A DNA stretch of 64,000 nucleotides. Source: Paraphysomonas bandaiensis (taxonomy: Eukaryota > Protista > Chrysophyceae). A model generated the notes under the pieces. It was given only the letters and a program-made list of their open reading frames with translations. It had not been told where the DNA came from and ran no database searches. Location: the NCBI GenBank assembly GCA_965644295.1, contig CBFFRP010000136.1, forward strand, positions 1 through 64,000, given 5' to 3'. The position numbers and the translations under genes were made by a program. Numbering within the stretch: position 1 is the stretch's first letter; each line of letters opens with the position of its first letter. Of this stretch, positions 11,290 to 28,600 are shown piece after piece.

Positions 11290-11526
11290 TTGGCAGAAGC
11301 TTGCCATTGCTTTGGCAGGCATGGAGACCCATGGTGTCAAGACCACGACGATAACAGAGCTTGGAGAAATATGTCTGTGAAACTTCTTACGACACGCCGC
11401 ACTCCTGACAACAATGAAAGCACTGACATCTACATCAGTGAAACCGTATCCCTGACCGAGTATATTCCGGCAGGAACCATAACTATTATCAGATTGTGGA
11501 AGGTGAAGATGTGTGTTGATTTAAAC

Positions 11527-11557
<31 letters not shown>

Positions 11558-11875
11558 CATACATACATACATACATACATACATCCAAAGGACTCTTTGG
11601 AATCAACTCTGAAACTATTTGGAAGAAATAAACAACACTGGAAATAAAGAAGGAAATCAGTCATTAATGAGTTCACTCCAGATTTTGTTATCCTTTTGAA
11701 TAAGGTATATATATCTTATAATGTTATTCAATAGTAATATTTGTTGATGCAGGACGAAACAATACCGCCAGGCGTGCAGATGAGAGAGTTGCTCGTCAAG
11801 ACGGTGGAGCTCTCCTGGAATCGTAAAGAAGCTGAAAGGATAAGAAGAGAGCTGGCACAACTCTCGAAACAATGA
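11290..11875 (+). pseudogene. Decayed spliced second ORF of the Harbinger element (mirror on - at ~10341-10891)
   Basis: Coding-like pieces (ETIWKK; RRKSVINEFTPDFVILLNK | DETIPPGVQMRELLVKTVELSWNRKEAERIRRE) joined by a GT-AG intron at ~11706-11752. Stops and frameshifts are present. Confidence 0.5.
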
Positions 11876-12655
11876 CACTAACAGCAACGCCAACCAATGG
11901 TAATTATCTTGGTCCGATTGATTTTCTATTATCCATGCAAGTTCTATTTGTTATATACATATGTTGTTACTATATTATACACGTTAGTTATAATGACGTT
12001 TGCCAGTGTCAGTTTTAAATTCACAACTTTGTTTATTACATTGACTAATAATTATCACATGATCTAATTGTAAGATGCATTTAATCTTGCATGTAATCAC
12101 AGATATATTGAATGGGATCTAACTACACAAACAACTGAAATGTAATGTGTGTTGTACATATAACATATTGGCAACATATTGTAATAAACTAAATATACAC
12201 ATTCAACTTCAATATTGGGTTAACATAAACTCACTTCTATCTTAGTTATCAATTATGATATTGGCAGTCATATGTATAGATATCGTTATATTACACAATT
12301 ATAGAGAAACCACAATGATGAGTCAACTATCAAAAGGAGTTCATCAAACACTTCAAGTCATCATCCATCTTTCGTCTGATGTGGAAGATAATAATGATGT
12401 CAGTGCATGCGATCTATCTTCATAACCTGGACTTCGAAACAAGTTCAAGAATATTGCAGGAGAGTTTAAGTGCCATATCTGATGCTATATAGGAAGTTAA
12501 GGGCAGTAACACCCAGCTCTTTCAACCCAGCTCTTTCAAGGTGTCCGTCACTACGTCGTGCGTATCAGGATTGTGCGCCTCATCTTACTATCATTCAAAT
12601 CAGGTGCACTCGCAGAGATTGAGCGTGTTTATATAAATGTGATGATGATGCTAAT

Positions 12656-12907
12656 CAAGGCAATAAAAAGCATCGTGCTTGAAACATTTGATACGTAATT
12701 CGAAAACGCGTTCTGAATTGCTTGCCTGATGCAGTGTGACATGGTATATAATACAATACCAAAAGTCATACCTTCACAAGTTGTGGGATCTCTTATCCTT
12801 GTATTCCTCAGCAGGAGTCCCCATGGTGTGTTATCGTAGCCAATCCGTTCGTAGACATTTCTTCTTGCAAAGATACGATCCTAACTGGACGCTGGAGATT
12901 GCTTCAT
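12656..12907 (-). pseudogene. Mirror copy of truncated Harbinger transposase (right arm)
   Basis: Reverse complement of 9302-9553. Confidence 0.7.
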
Positions 12908-13669
12908 GAGCTGTTTGATCAAGGATGTCCTGCACAGACAACTTCCGGGACAATGCACACACGCGAAATATCATGCTATCAACTTTACACAGTCACTGTC
13001 AATGCTTAATGCTTTGCTTCGCAATATATTCAGTGAGATCAAGCGAACAGAGAATGAAAAGAAATTTGAATTTAAACACAAAAACACTGTTTTGTCTTTT
13101 GTCTTTCTGTGTGCACTATAATTACGGCTTCGTTTGCACCCGACAAAAACAATTCTGATGAAAAAAAATGTCTTTTGTCGTTTTGTCTTTTGTCTCCACT
13201 ATAATTAGTGGCCTTACGCACATTACCCTGCCAAATTGAAGTGCGAGATGCGGAATTTTAAACAAAGACTTAGGGGTTTTGAGTATAAAACCGCGGTTTT
13301 AATATCAAAAAACTGAGTTTTACGAAAAATATCTGTTTTTTCACAAACACTGGGCTTTTTACAAGTAAACCTGTTTTTTTTAGGAGTGAGTATAAAATCT
13401 ACAGTATATGCATGACATATTGTCAAAAAATCCAGTATATATATCTGTAAAATTCCCTTTTTCGGCTTTCTAGATACCTGTATTCCAACATACTACGCAA
13501 ACTACCTACTACACTCCACTCACAGAGCAGAACCACACTCTGCCCTCCTTCATATAAATAATACAAGTACACACGAGCTTGCAGGAACGAAGTGTGCAAG
13601 TTTTAAGTAAAGTGTAGCGTATCAAGTACTGGTGTATGTGTATGGTGTACTGTATATGGTATAGTCCCT

Positions 13670-15024
13670 ATGGATGCACTGAACCCCCTGTATAGATTTT
13701 CTACCCGATAGCTTCATTGTCAATTGCAAAATAATTTGTTTTAATAGAAGTAGAAAGAGGCATTGCCTCAAACCCCATTGCGGGGGAACTCTTTGCTGTT
13801 GCTGCCTGTATAAATGGAGAAGCAAGATAGACCGAGCTCTCTTGATTTCATGGTTATTGAAAGATTTAGGATGGATGACCACGAATGTTTACCTGGGATG
13901 GATATTCGGCGGTGTGGCGGTGCTGCTGCACTTGGCAGTCCTCTTCATTGACTGGCCTCATAGTGTGCCATTCCGTTTTTATCATTCTTCATTAGTTCTT
14001 TGGATTGTGGGAAACTTCTTGTGGATGTCTGTAGAGTTCATGGTATACAGGGAGTCCTCTGATGTTCACTTCGGCCCGCATACTCCAGTGGGAGGAATGA
14101 CAGTGAAGGTCGGTGATCAACTTACGGAAGCAAAATCCTGGTTGTTTCTTACGGCGATAGCTATACAGTTTTTATTGTTTATTCTCATTCGTATGAATAT
14201 TTTGGCGATGCCGCTGGATGTATTTGACGATGATAGTATAGATGGCGGAAGTGTGGATATGGATATGGATATCGATGGCTCGCAACAGTCCGCCTCAGCC
14301 CCCCTGACCTCCACACAGGAAGGCCAACCGCTTGTTGAGGACATGGAGTCTAACGACAATCGCATGACCCCCAGCAACCTTTACGTAGCTGACAAGTATC
14401 CGTTTGGGTTTACTCTGACCTTCATTGAGAATAGCTACATTGTTCTCTGGATAGCCAAGGACTATTTCTGGTCATGGGCGACCGGAGACTTTGAAGTACA
14501 ACAGCGTGTGGGTTACTTCACAGGTGCGTACACTTTGCAATTCTTGTCCTGTTTTAGTTATCGTGTCCTGCAGAGGTAGTTTCAATGTTTTTTGGCATAT
14601 TGAGCGTATGCTTATATACGTATATTGCTTATGCCTGGAGAAAACATTTTGTAAATATGATGGACTCACTTACCTCTTGGTGTTGGTTGTTCGCAAACTT
14701 TGTTTGGATGGCTGGTGAAGTATTTATCAGGTACATTTTGTAGTCATGTTATGTATGTTATATAACCGTTTGGAGTACAGATATGACAACTTACAGCTGG
14801 ACGATGCCGAGCAAGCAGATGACGCTGTCACCCGGCTTGTGTCTGGAATATTTTTTCTTATTGGAATGCAGATTCAGTTTATCGTTATATTTCATGAAAT
14901 GATTGATGCTCTGAAGTCAAGGGAACGTGCAAAGCTATACAGTAAATCTCGTCTGGAAATGATGCCTGTCACCAACATTGACGTAGATTATGACCATATA
15001 GTAAGCCTGGAAATGATAGACTAA
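13670..15024 (+). CDS. Multi-pass membrane protein of unknown function (spliced)
   Basis: Hydrophobic segments in ORF 13842-14579 and later exons. Internal duplication ISWLLKDLGW / VLWIAKDYFW. The start is inferred from an in-frame splice of ATG 13670 via an intron at ~13690-13747. Confidence 0.75.
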
Positions 15025-16263
15025 ACAGATAATATTGTTCTGTATATTTGGTTTTTATAGTATTTGTTGCATCTATATTAATTACATTAGTTATTATTAA
15101 ATCACTATTATTACCATCAGATATAAAGATGTTTGTACTTCACCAACCTCAGTTTTAAGGGACAGAATATGGCTAGATTTATCTGTTATTCAATTCACCT
15201 CTTTTCGGTATCTTCTAGATTGGCATTATAATTTCCCGACATACTCAACGAATTTCGTTTTACAACTCTACTGACACAATATACACCAATACCACTTTCA
15301 CAAAAAAAAGTATACATTATATATTACACTTCTGTACGCTAGTGTTCATGAAATTATAGAGAACAAGATTTAGGAAATCCGCTTCATGCGGAATAATATT
15401 CTTCCAATGATTTTCGACAGTTATGTGCATGATCTAATGAAAAAAATGTAATGTGCTATTTATCAAAACATGCCTCTACGAGTTGGTTAAACCTCTTCAT
15501 TGTTTACCTACATATTACGCAGAAGCTACAGACATATAAAAGATATTAGCCAGAGACCCATACTTACACCATTTACTTCTCGATATGGTGTGACTTCGAA
15601 GTCATTGTTGTACATAATATTTCTCAACCATTAATATCCGTTAAACACAGCGTTTAAAGGATGATATAATGTTGTCCAGTCCTGCTGTAATATACTGAGT
15701 ACTGTTGTATTACAGCATTTCAAGACGAGTTCTTTAACATGTAGTCATTTCATGTGGTTGACAACTATAAAGCGAATTGATAAAACAATAATTTGTTATA
15801 GTTCATTTGAAAGATCTTGTGTACACATGTCACCTCGGCTCATAGCAATCGGCAACAGATACGCACGACTTCGTAGATACCATCATACTCTACTGTGTAC
15901 ATGAATAGACAAGTCCCTAACAGTAGTCCGTGTTATACGGCACTGTATTTTAGCATGTTGCAAATGAATAGACACTGTCATCATTTTGTTGGATTCTTCG
16001 AAATCCAGTTCAGCGTTTGATGCTTCTTCATATACGACAAAACTCATATAGATCACCCAATCCTTCTGATCTAATTGACTTACACTGAATAAAGTGACTT
16101 CGTAGTGACTTCATAGGAAGGGAACCAATCATGTACATACATATTTGCCGGTACGTACAAACCGAATATACATATATATGCGCATATGTGTATATGAAAG
16201 TGTTCGTAAATTGTTGACTTAAGTATCGCACAAACTCATTATCTCTCCATTCATTTCCAGACG

Positions 16264-20729
<4,466 letters not shown>

Positions 20730-21378
20730 TTCCTTTTTGCCAATTTGTTGTTAGCTATGTTATGAACGAGAACTTGGTCAGTGCGCTTGTCATACCCACT
20801 TTGGTCACAACTTTGTTTCCTTCGTAGTTATGAAAATTTTCATGTGCGACTTCCTACTGTACTTGATTGTGCTAATTCGTTTTTTATGATGCCCTATTTC
20901 TCTGTTTAAGAGCTATCGCTTCGATTATGATAATGAATATATAATGTATTATATTCAGTATGCTAGCAGAGAAGCAGAACATATTCTAAAATATTTCATA
21001 GGTATTATACACTTATATTTCACCACTGGTTATAAGGAGGCTACATAGCCCTGAGCTCAAAATTAAAATTCGTACAAGCTAAGTAAGATGCCCCTTATCC
21101 CTTGGTTGAATTGCAGCTTATCCTCAAAATGTTGAAAACGTAAATATATCTAAAATGTATAGCTATTTGTACTTGCTTGTTGCTGGAAGAAATAGGTGTC
21201 CCTGATAAACATGAAGAAACAATTGAAAAATCAAAGTATTGCCATATGTATTGCGTATTACTAGAACTGAATTAATTACCTCCATAAATCGCCTAAAGCG
21301 CATCAGTTGCAAAAAAGAATCACAATATCATGTATGAATCTTAGGGTTGGTATAGTAGAAAATCACCACAGTAGTAAC

Positions 21379-22950
21379 CTAATTGCATCCATATACCTTT
21401 CCACCACCATGCGTCTTTGACCACTCGTTGTTAGAGAATGGAGCCCCAGACCATGACGCCTGAAAATATCGGTTAGGGTCATAACTGCTCGCATTCTCGA
21501 TGCGGTCATCGATAACGTGCTTGAAGCGCCTAATGAGACCTTGCACGGGCCAGGCTGCTGCGTCACCGAGGGCACATATTGTGTGACCCTCGATACCACG
21601 GGAGATCTCTTCAAGCATGGGCACCTCTCGTTTGTCCGCTGTCCCATCCTCCAGTTTCTCCATAATAGCTTCCATCCAAGGGGTGCCTTCGCGACATGGT
21701 GTGCACTGCCCACACGACTCGTGACTGTAAAAGTGAGAGAGCCTGCGAATAGCAGCGATCATATCTACAGACTTGTCAAATACGGTCACAGCTGCCGTCC
21801 CGAGGCCTGACCCCTTGGCACGTAAGTCGTCGAAGTCCATCATCACATTCTGACAATCTGCCTCGTCCAGCACTGGGACAGATGATCCGCCAGGAATGAC
21901 TGCCTGTAAATTACTCCATCCACCCCTGACTCCGCCACAGTGCTTTTCCAGCAAATCGCGAAGAGTTATGGACATCTCATCCTCCACCACAATAGGGTTG
22001 TTAACGTGTCCGGATATCGCAAACAGTTTTGTGCCCCTATTGTTCGGCCGCCCAAAACCTGCAAACCAAGACCCCCCACGACGAAATATAGTTGGCGTAA
22101 CCGCAATAGTTTCTACATTAGTCACAGTGCTCGGGCATCCAAATAATCCTATGTTGGCGGGGAATGGCGGCTTGAGTCTCGGTTTTCCCTGCTTGCCCTC
22201 CAAACTTTCGATCAGCGCTGTTTCCTCCCCGCAAATATAAGCACCGGCACCACGGTGCAGGTATAAGTCGTAATCATAGCCCGATCCGCAGGCATTCTTG
22301 CCGAGAAATCCAGCCTGATAGGCCTCGTGAATCGCCTCCTGTAGTACAACCGCTTCGTTGAAATATTCACCTCTTATGTATATGTAGCCTGCACGAGCGC
22401 GCATGGCAAATCCAGCCAAAAGGCAACCCTCGATTAGCTTGTGGGGGTCCTTACGCATAATCTCTCTGTCTTTGCATGTGCCGGGCTCCGATTCATCCGC
22501 ATTAACGACCAAAAAAGAGGGACGACCGTCTGACGCCTTTGGCATAAATGACCACTTAAGTCCGGATGGAAACCCAGCACCGCCTCGACCTCTCAAGCCA
22601 GAGTCTTTGACCTCCTGCACCAGCCAGTCTGGTCCCATGCACATGAGATCCTTCGTTCGATACCAATCTCCACGTTTCATCGCTGCTTTAAGTCTCCAGT
22701 CCTGCAACACACACCCATTATCATCATCATCACCACCAGCAGCATGGTCGGACCTTCTCTCCGTAGAGATTAGTAAATATGCGGTCCTGATCCTTCAGCC
22801 CTCCATACACCTGCACACCATCCTCATTATACCATACATGTATGTGTGTGTGTTATGTACCTGAGTTAGTGCTGGTTCAGATGCAGCTGATGATAACAAC
22901 CGCTGCTGTGCACATGATGCGGCACCACTCACGCGTGCAATTCTACGCAT
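21379..22950 (-). CDS. NDUFV1: Mitochondrial complex I 51-kDa FMN subunit
   Basis: [68 protein letters not shown]. 5' exons give an Arg-rich transit peptide MRRIARVSG... and [16 protein letters not shown]. Confidence 0.98.
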
Positions 22951-23044
22951 GTTGTAGATAGTCTACCCTTGAATATGTTGAGATGTGGCGCCCAAAACCC
23001 TCCCAATATAACTAACTACACAGACAACAATGTGCCAATCATAC

Positions 23045-23355
23045 ACATACATACATACATACATACATACATACATACATACATACATACATACATACAT
23101 ACATACATACATACATACATACATACATACATACATACATACATACATACATACATACATACATACATACATACATACATACATACATACATACATACAT
23201 ACATACATACATACATACATACATACATACATACATACATACATACATACATACATACATACATACATACATACATACATACATACATACATACATACAT
23301 ACATACATACATACATACATACATACATACATACATACATACATACATACATACA
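23045..23355. repeat. (TACA)n microsatellite, ~77 units
   Basis: Perfect tetranucleotide run read directly. Confidence 0.99.
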
Positions 23356-23638
23356 GCAGTACATAGAGGTGTAGATGTCGTCCGTTTAATACGGGCGGTC
23401 CAGTCCCAACGAACGGTACGTTAGGAGAAACCTCTCGGAATTCGTGTGAAGTGTGATGTGTGCGGCTGTAGAGACACAGTCATACAGAGTCCCACTGCTG
23501 TACATCTCTGTCTGTACAAATACATACACATACATACATACATACATAGATGGGTGCATGGAGCCCATAGGATGACAATTCACTGGGATTAAGATTGCAG
23601 ACCCTCCATCCTTAAGATTAATCGATAAGACTTCCCTC

Positions 23639-24229
23639 ATGAGTGATAACGAGCAGAAGTGGGATCACTTATACACCGTTAAAGGTATGTATGTGTGTAT
23701 GTATGTATGTATGTATGGAGAGAGTTACGTGTATTGCTTCCTAGAGTTTCATGATCCAGTAGTGCTGGGCGCTGAAGTTGTTCATGGGTTCAAAAGAGGC
23801 TCCAAAGAACTCGGTATTCCTACTGCTAATTTAGCTATGGAGGAGTTGGGCGATCACGGAGAGAGCCTCGATACAGGCATATATTATGGATGGGCTAAGC
23901 TCAGAGAGAGTTACTATGAAGCTGTGGTGTCTGTGGGCTGGAATCCTTTCTATAATAATACTAAAAAAACAGTGGAAGCGCATTTGTTGGAGTCTTTAGA
24001 TGACTTTTATGGGGAGCATTTGGATATTGCACTCTGTGGCTACTTGAGGGAAGAGTGTAACTTCACATCGCTAGGTTGGGTATTTGCTACTGATTGTACT
24101 GTAACCCGATAATGTTAATTTGCAGATGATTTAATATCATGTATTCAGTCTGATATATCCAGAAGCAAGGGTTATCTCAGCAAAACAGCATCAATCTATT
24201 CTCAACCATCGTTTTGGAAATCTACCTGA
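23639..24229 (+). CDS. RFK: Riboflavin kinase (3 exons)
   Basis: VVHGFKRGSKELGIPTAN, GIYYGWA, VVSVGWNPFYNN, TVEAHLL, DFYGE, GYLREE. Last exon DDLISCIQSDI... Confidence 0.96.
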
Positions 24230-25623
24230 CTGTATAAGAAAATTGCTTTACTTGACCCTTGATATGTACTGTTACCATATTTGAGTTGAATTTATGGCTA
24301 ATACTACACTTCTACCTCAATGCACGACTGTGGCATCGGCTCCACAAGTAGCAAGCTAATTGCTATATGATATATTTCTATGTTGTTGTCTAAGTTTTCC
24401 TTTGTTGCTTAGTCAACCACACATAAATATGATACTAATACATAATTCCATACTACGAACATTGCCAACGTCTGTTTCGGAAAACCAATAATATAACCTA
24501 ATCATAGCGACCAGTGTGAGTTGTTAAGGGGAGTCTACTATCTGCAAGCAACGTTTCATACCTGCTTTTGATATACATACCTAATTCCTAGCTGTTGTAA
24601 GATTTTCTATTAAAAAAGTAAGTTTTGTCTGTTTTGAGTTTTGAGAGCTAGAGAGCTAGTAGTAGCGAATGTCTCATTATTAGCGATAGGCGTTTGAGAG
24701 TCTGTGCTTAACTCTGATATCCTACTGTTTAACGCTACGAAAGCTGCTTGTACGTCACCAGTCACCACAAGCACCAAGGTGCAACCTGTTTCGTTCTATT
24801 ACTCAGAGCAAACGCAGTGAGCAAGCAGAATGTTGATATAACTGACATCTGCTGCCTTCAGGATTTTAGAGTCCTTAAGGTGCACACATCCCGGTGCTCG
24901 ACTTCATCAGGCAGCCTAGTACCCCGGTTACCCGTCAGATAGGCCCATTCCCAGATGCCTGTTTATTTGTCAGGCCCAAAAACGTCTACACAAGTGACAC
25001 TTCTATTCTTGTACTAGTGTCTGAGCATCACTGCTATAAGTTTCTCATAGCTAATTATAGAAGCGGGTTTCTAGCCACAAATAGCTTGTTTTCTACTTTT
25101 AGTAATCATATTCATATAAAACTCGTATCATTCTATCACCTACTCCCATTTCATCCTACAGAATTCCTATGTATACTACCACAAAAGACCGTTAATGAAC
25201 ATTTCTGGTCTTAATGCTCTATCTCTGGCCTTAATAGTCATATCTTCTGATCTGATCATAATATTATCATGACCACTACATAATTATTTTAATAATTCTT
25301 GCAGACAAACTGTCTTTAATATTTTAATTTAGGTGCAGTACATTCAACTAACAGTTAAGCAAACTGTTTTTATCTAATTGTTGTCAGCGCATACAATTCA
25401 ACTTTTTTGCTGCAGTGCGGTATCAATCGAAAAAGGTCTTGCCTTGAAATGAATACGTAATGTTGCACAGCTTCGATTATGAGTTGTAATATCAATATTG
25501 ATAAGTTATGTGGGGGTAATTATAGGAACATCCAAGGTTGCTAAGTTCTATTTCAAGCATATCACTTATGCACACTGCACCTGTGTAAAAACATATACTC
25601 TACATGCGACAAACTTCACTACG

Positions 25624-28600
25624 TCACGCCCATGACGTTTCTCCAGTTACGGTATTGTACCAATATTCTTGGCCAGTCGCATCATCTATATAAGATACCC
25701 AATCTTCATTGCCACTGATTGCACTTCCACCAGCTTGGCTCATGTACTCGTCAGGCATGGTCCAAGTGGCCTCACCTGTGTCATTATTGTACCAATATTT
25801 GGCTTGAGCCTGCTCATCCCAAAACTCTTGCCACGGACCGTACATTTCAGCCGAGGACATGTAGTCTCCACCACTCTCGTAGTTATCCGTGGAGTAGTCT
25901 GTAAGAGCACCAGCACTGTCATACCCACTGTGTTCAGTTGGTTGATCCCATTGGGCCGCTCCAGTAGACTCACAATACCAATACCAGGCACTCTCAGCAG
26001 GATCCCATAATTGAATCCATTCCACACCACTCACAACAACTTTAATAACATCTTTAGGGCGAGGTGTCCCATCTCGTGCAGACCGAGCTGTCGGAGGTGG
26101 TCTGCTACTTACAATACGTCCACTTGAAGGTCCACGCCCACTTCGAGCCGGCCCACTACTTGACATAGTGCTCCTATAAGACATAGGTCCGGCTGCCATA
26201 TCCAGCATGTTCCTTCTAGCCGCGCGTTCTGCTTCTTCCTCTTTTGCTTTCTTCTCCATCATTTCTAGTGCTCGCTCCATCGCAGCAGCTTTTTCTTCTG
26301 CGCGCCGCGTGGCCTCAAGCATGCGCTGCTCTTTTTCTTGCATGCTTTTCTCTAAATCTTCTAATCGTTTCATCCGGTCATCCAAATCTTCACTAGAATT
26401 CTCCTGTGTGGTGTCAACCGCATCTTCAGGGGCAGGAGATTGAACATCCGGCTGAATTTCAGTTGTCTCTTTCTCTGGAGCTGGAACATCATCCACGTTT
26501 TTACGAGATTGCTTTCCTTTCTTTTTCGACTTCTTAGATTTACTTTTCTCAGGAGTAGGCTTTTCCTCCGGAACTTTCTTTACGTCAGTAATTTGTCCGT
26601 AAGACTTCCATTTGGAAATAGCTCTGGCTTCCTCCTCTTCTTCCAACTGAGCATTCTCCTCCTCACGCTTTTTCGCTTTTTCTTCTTCTTGTGCTCTTAC
26701 AGCTTCCTGATTCTCCTAAAGCAATATGTTAGCAATGCCAAGCAATAACTATGAAATACTACCGTTTGAAGAGCCCTACTCCTATTCCACTTTATTCTAC
26801 CAAGCTTGCCTCGGATAACGCGTTGAATAGTTACCGCAGCCCATAAAATCCACCGACCAGCAATTAATTGCTGATGTTTGATAACGGCTCTCCTATCATT
26901 CGCCCTGATGGTGGCCAACTTAATACGAACAGCCCCTTGGATCACCAACGCAGCAGCATCATCGCTGTCTGGAATTTTTACAGGTTTGTGGACAACAGGT
27001 GGCGGGGAACTCGATGATTTGTCATCACCAAATATTCTCGAACTTAAGGTTCTTAGAAGAGACGGGGATTTCGACAGACGGCCACTTTTCTTTACATCGC
27101 CATCTCCGCTATTTCCATCATCTTTAAATACTCTGGAGCTCAGACTACGGAATAATGAAGGTGATTTCGAAGTACTGCGCGGACCATCATCACCCTCGTT
27201 TTCTTCATCAAGGCCGAATAACTTTGTGCTGATACTTTTCATCAGCGAAGGGGATTTGCCCAAAGATGGGGATTTTCCCAACGATGGGGATTTGCTCTGG
27301 AGAGCGGGCTTAGGGGAAGCTGAGTTACTTTCATCACTTGGTTGTTGTGCGCGATCAGGGATATCTTTCGATAAAATCTCAAGTTCCGGGTCAACAGCGA
27401 GGTCATCATCATCGTGCCCAACCGGTTCATTATTCGCCTCCACAGACGCATCAACTCCTTCGACTTTGTCTAAACCATTTGCTGCATGTTCTCCCACTGC
27501 ATTCTGTTCCATGTAGCCTTCATCTCCATCGACAAAATGTTTACTTTCTCGAATATTCTCGTTTACCGAACCGAGAATGTCCTGGTCTACGACATTCGTC
27601 GCTGTTCCACCCAGAGACGCTCCCGGTATGTCATCATTTATTCTGCCGTCTCCATTGCTTTCCGCACACACATTTTCTTCAGTAGGGCCCGCATTCGACT
27701 CTTCAATATTGCCATCCCGAGATGACGAGCGCATGAAACTTCTCAGACGTGAAGATGACTTTGGCCTATCTTCCTTCTTTGCGGATGGCGGACGATCTGT
27801 GGTGTCAATACTGTCATCATTTTCATCCCGAGATGACGAGCGCATGAAACTTCTCAGACGTGAAGATGACTTTGGCCTATCTTCCTTCTTTGCGGATGGC
27901 GGACGATCTGTGGTGTCAATACTGTCATCATTTTCATCCCGAGATGATGAGCGCATGAAACTTCTCAGACGTGAAGATGACTTTGGCCTATCTTCCTTCT
28001 TTGCGGATGGCGGACGATCTGTGGTGTCAATACTTTCATCATTTTCATCCCGTGATGACGAGCGCATGAAACTTCTCAGACGTGAAGATGACTTTGGCCT
28101 ATCTTCCTTCTTTGCGGATTGCGGACGATCAGTGGTGTCAATACTTTCATCATTTTCATCCCGTGATGACGAGCGCATGAAACTCCTCAGTCGAGATGAC
28201 GATTTAGGTCTCTCAATATTTTCCGTTGCATTTGCCTTATCGGACTGCAGGGAGCTCGATTGAGCATTCCTTCTGCTATCTACATCAGTGGTTGCACTTC
28301 TATTGAAAAGCCTGCGAGATGACTTCTTTTTTTCTTCCTTCACTACTGATGCCCGCCGCCTTCCGGCATCACCACGAACTAAGCTTTGAAGTCTAGTTGC
28401 AGCCTTTTCCATATCTTCTGTCTGGCTACTCTGCTTTTTGATACCCCTCTCATTTCGAATCTGTTGAACTCGCTTCCTATCACGACGTCCACGTAACACG
28501 CTTTGCATGCCAATTGCACCCTTCTTTTCTGCTCGTTTGCGCCTCAGCAACTCCCTGTCACGTTTGGTATCACGCCTTCTGGCAAAATAGCGTTGTAAAA

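Larger units (their letters stand above)
8996..13213. mobile_element. Non-autonomous PIF/Harbinger-derived foldback element; whole element is a 4218-bp palindrome
   Basis: Arms 8996-11043 and 11138-13213 with a 94-bp spacer. Termini GGCCACTAATTATAG...CTATAATTAGTGGCC. TTA direct repeat on both sides (8993-8995, 13214-13216). Transposase remnant in each arm. Confidence 0.9.

Noticed and set aside
9051-13158. Paired identical short ORFs on opposite strands (e.g. 9051-9284 / 12925-13158, 10323-10559 / 11657-11893)
   Set aside because: By-products of the palindrome; most are antisense to the real remnants.
8996-13213. Pure assembly fold-back artefact
   Set aside because: Not favoured: the arms carry several independent differences, the symmetry stops exactly at transposon termini, and unique flanks with a TTA duplication lie on both sides. 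Read-level confirmation is still needed.
22963-23424. MYVC/HTYI repeat ORFs
   Set aside because: Translations of the (TACA)n microsatellite.
23376-23450. Small GC-rich hairpins between NDUFV1 and RFK, considered as an FMN riboswitch
   Set aside because: Only a GGCGGT..AGTCC fragment resembles the RFN consensus. It is too short and lacks the other conserved blocks; cmsearch RF00050 would settle it.
24593-25047. Possible solo LTR (TG...CA flanked by TAGC)
   Set aside because: No terminal inverted repeat beyond TG/CA and no second copy in the window. A 4-bp match is expected by chance.
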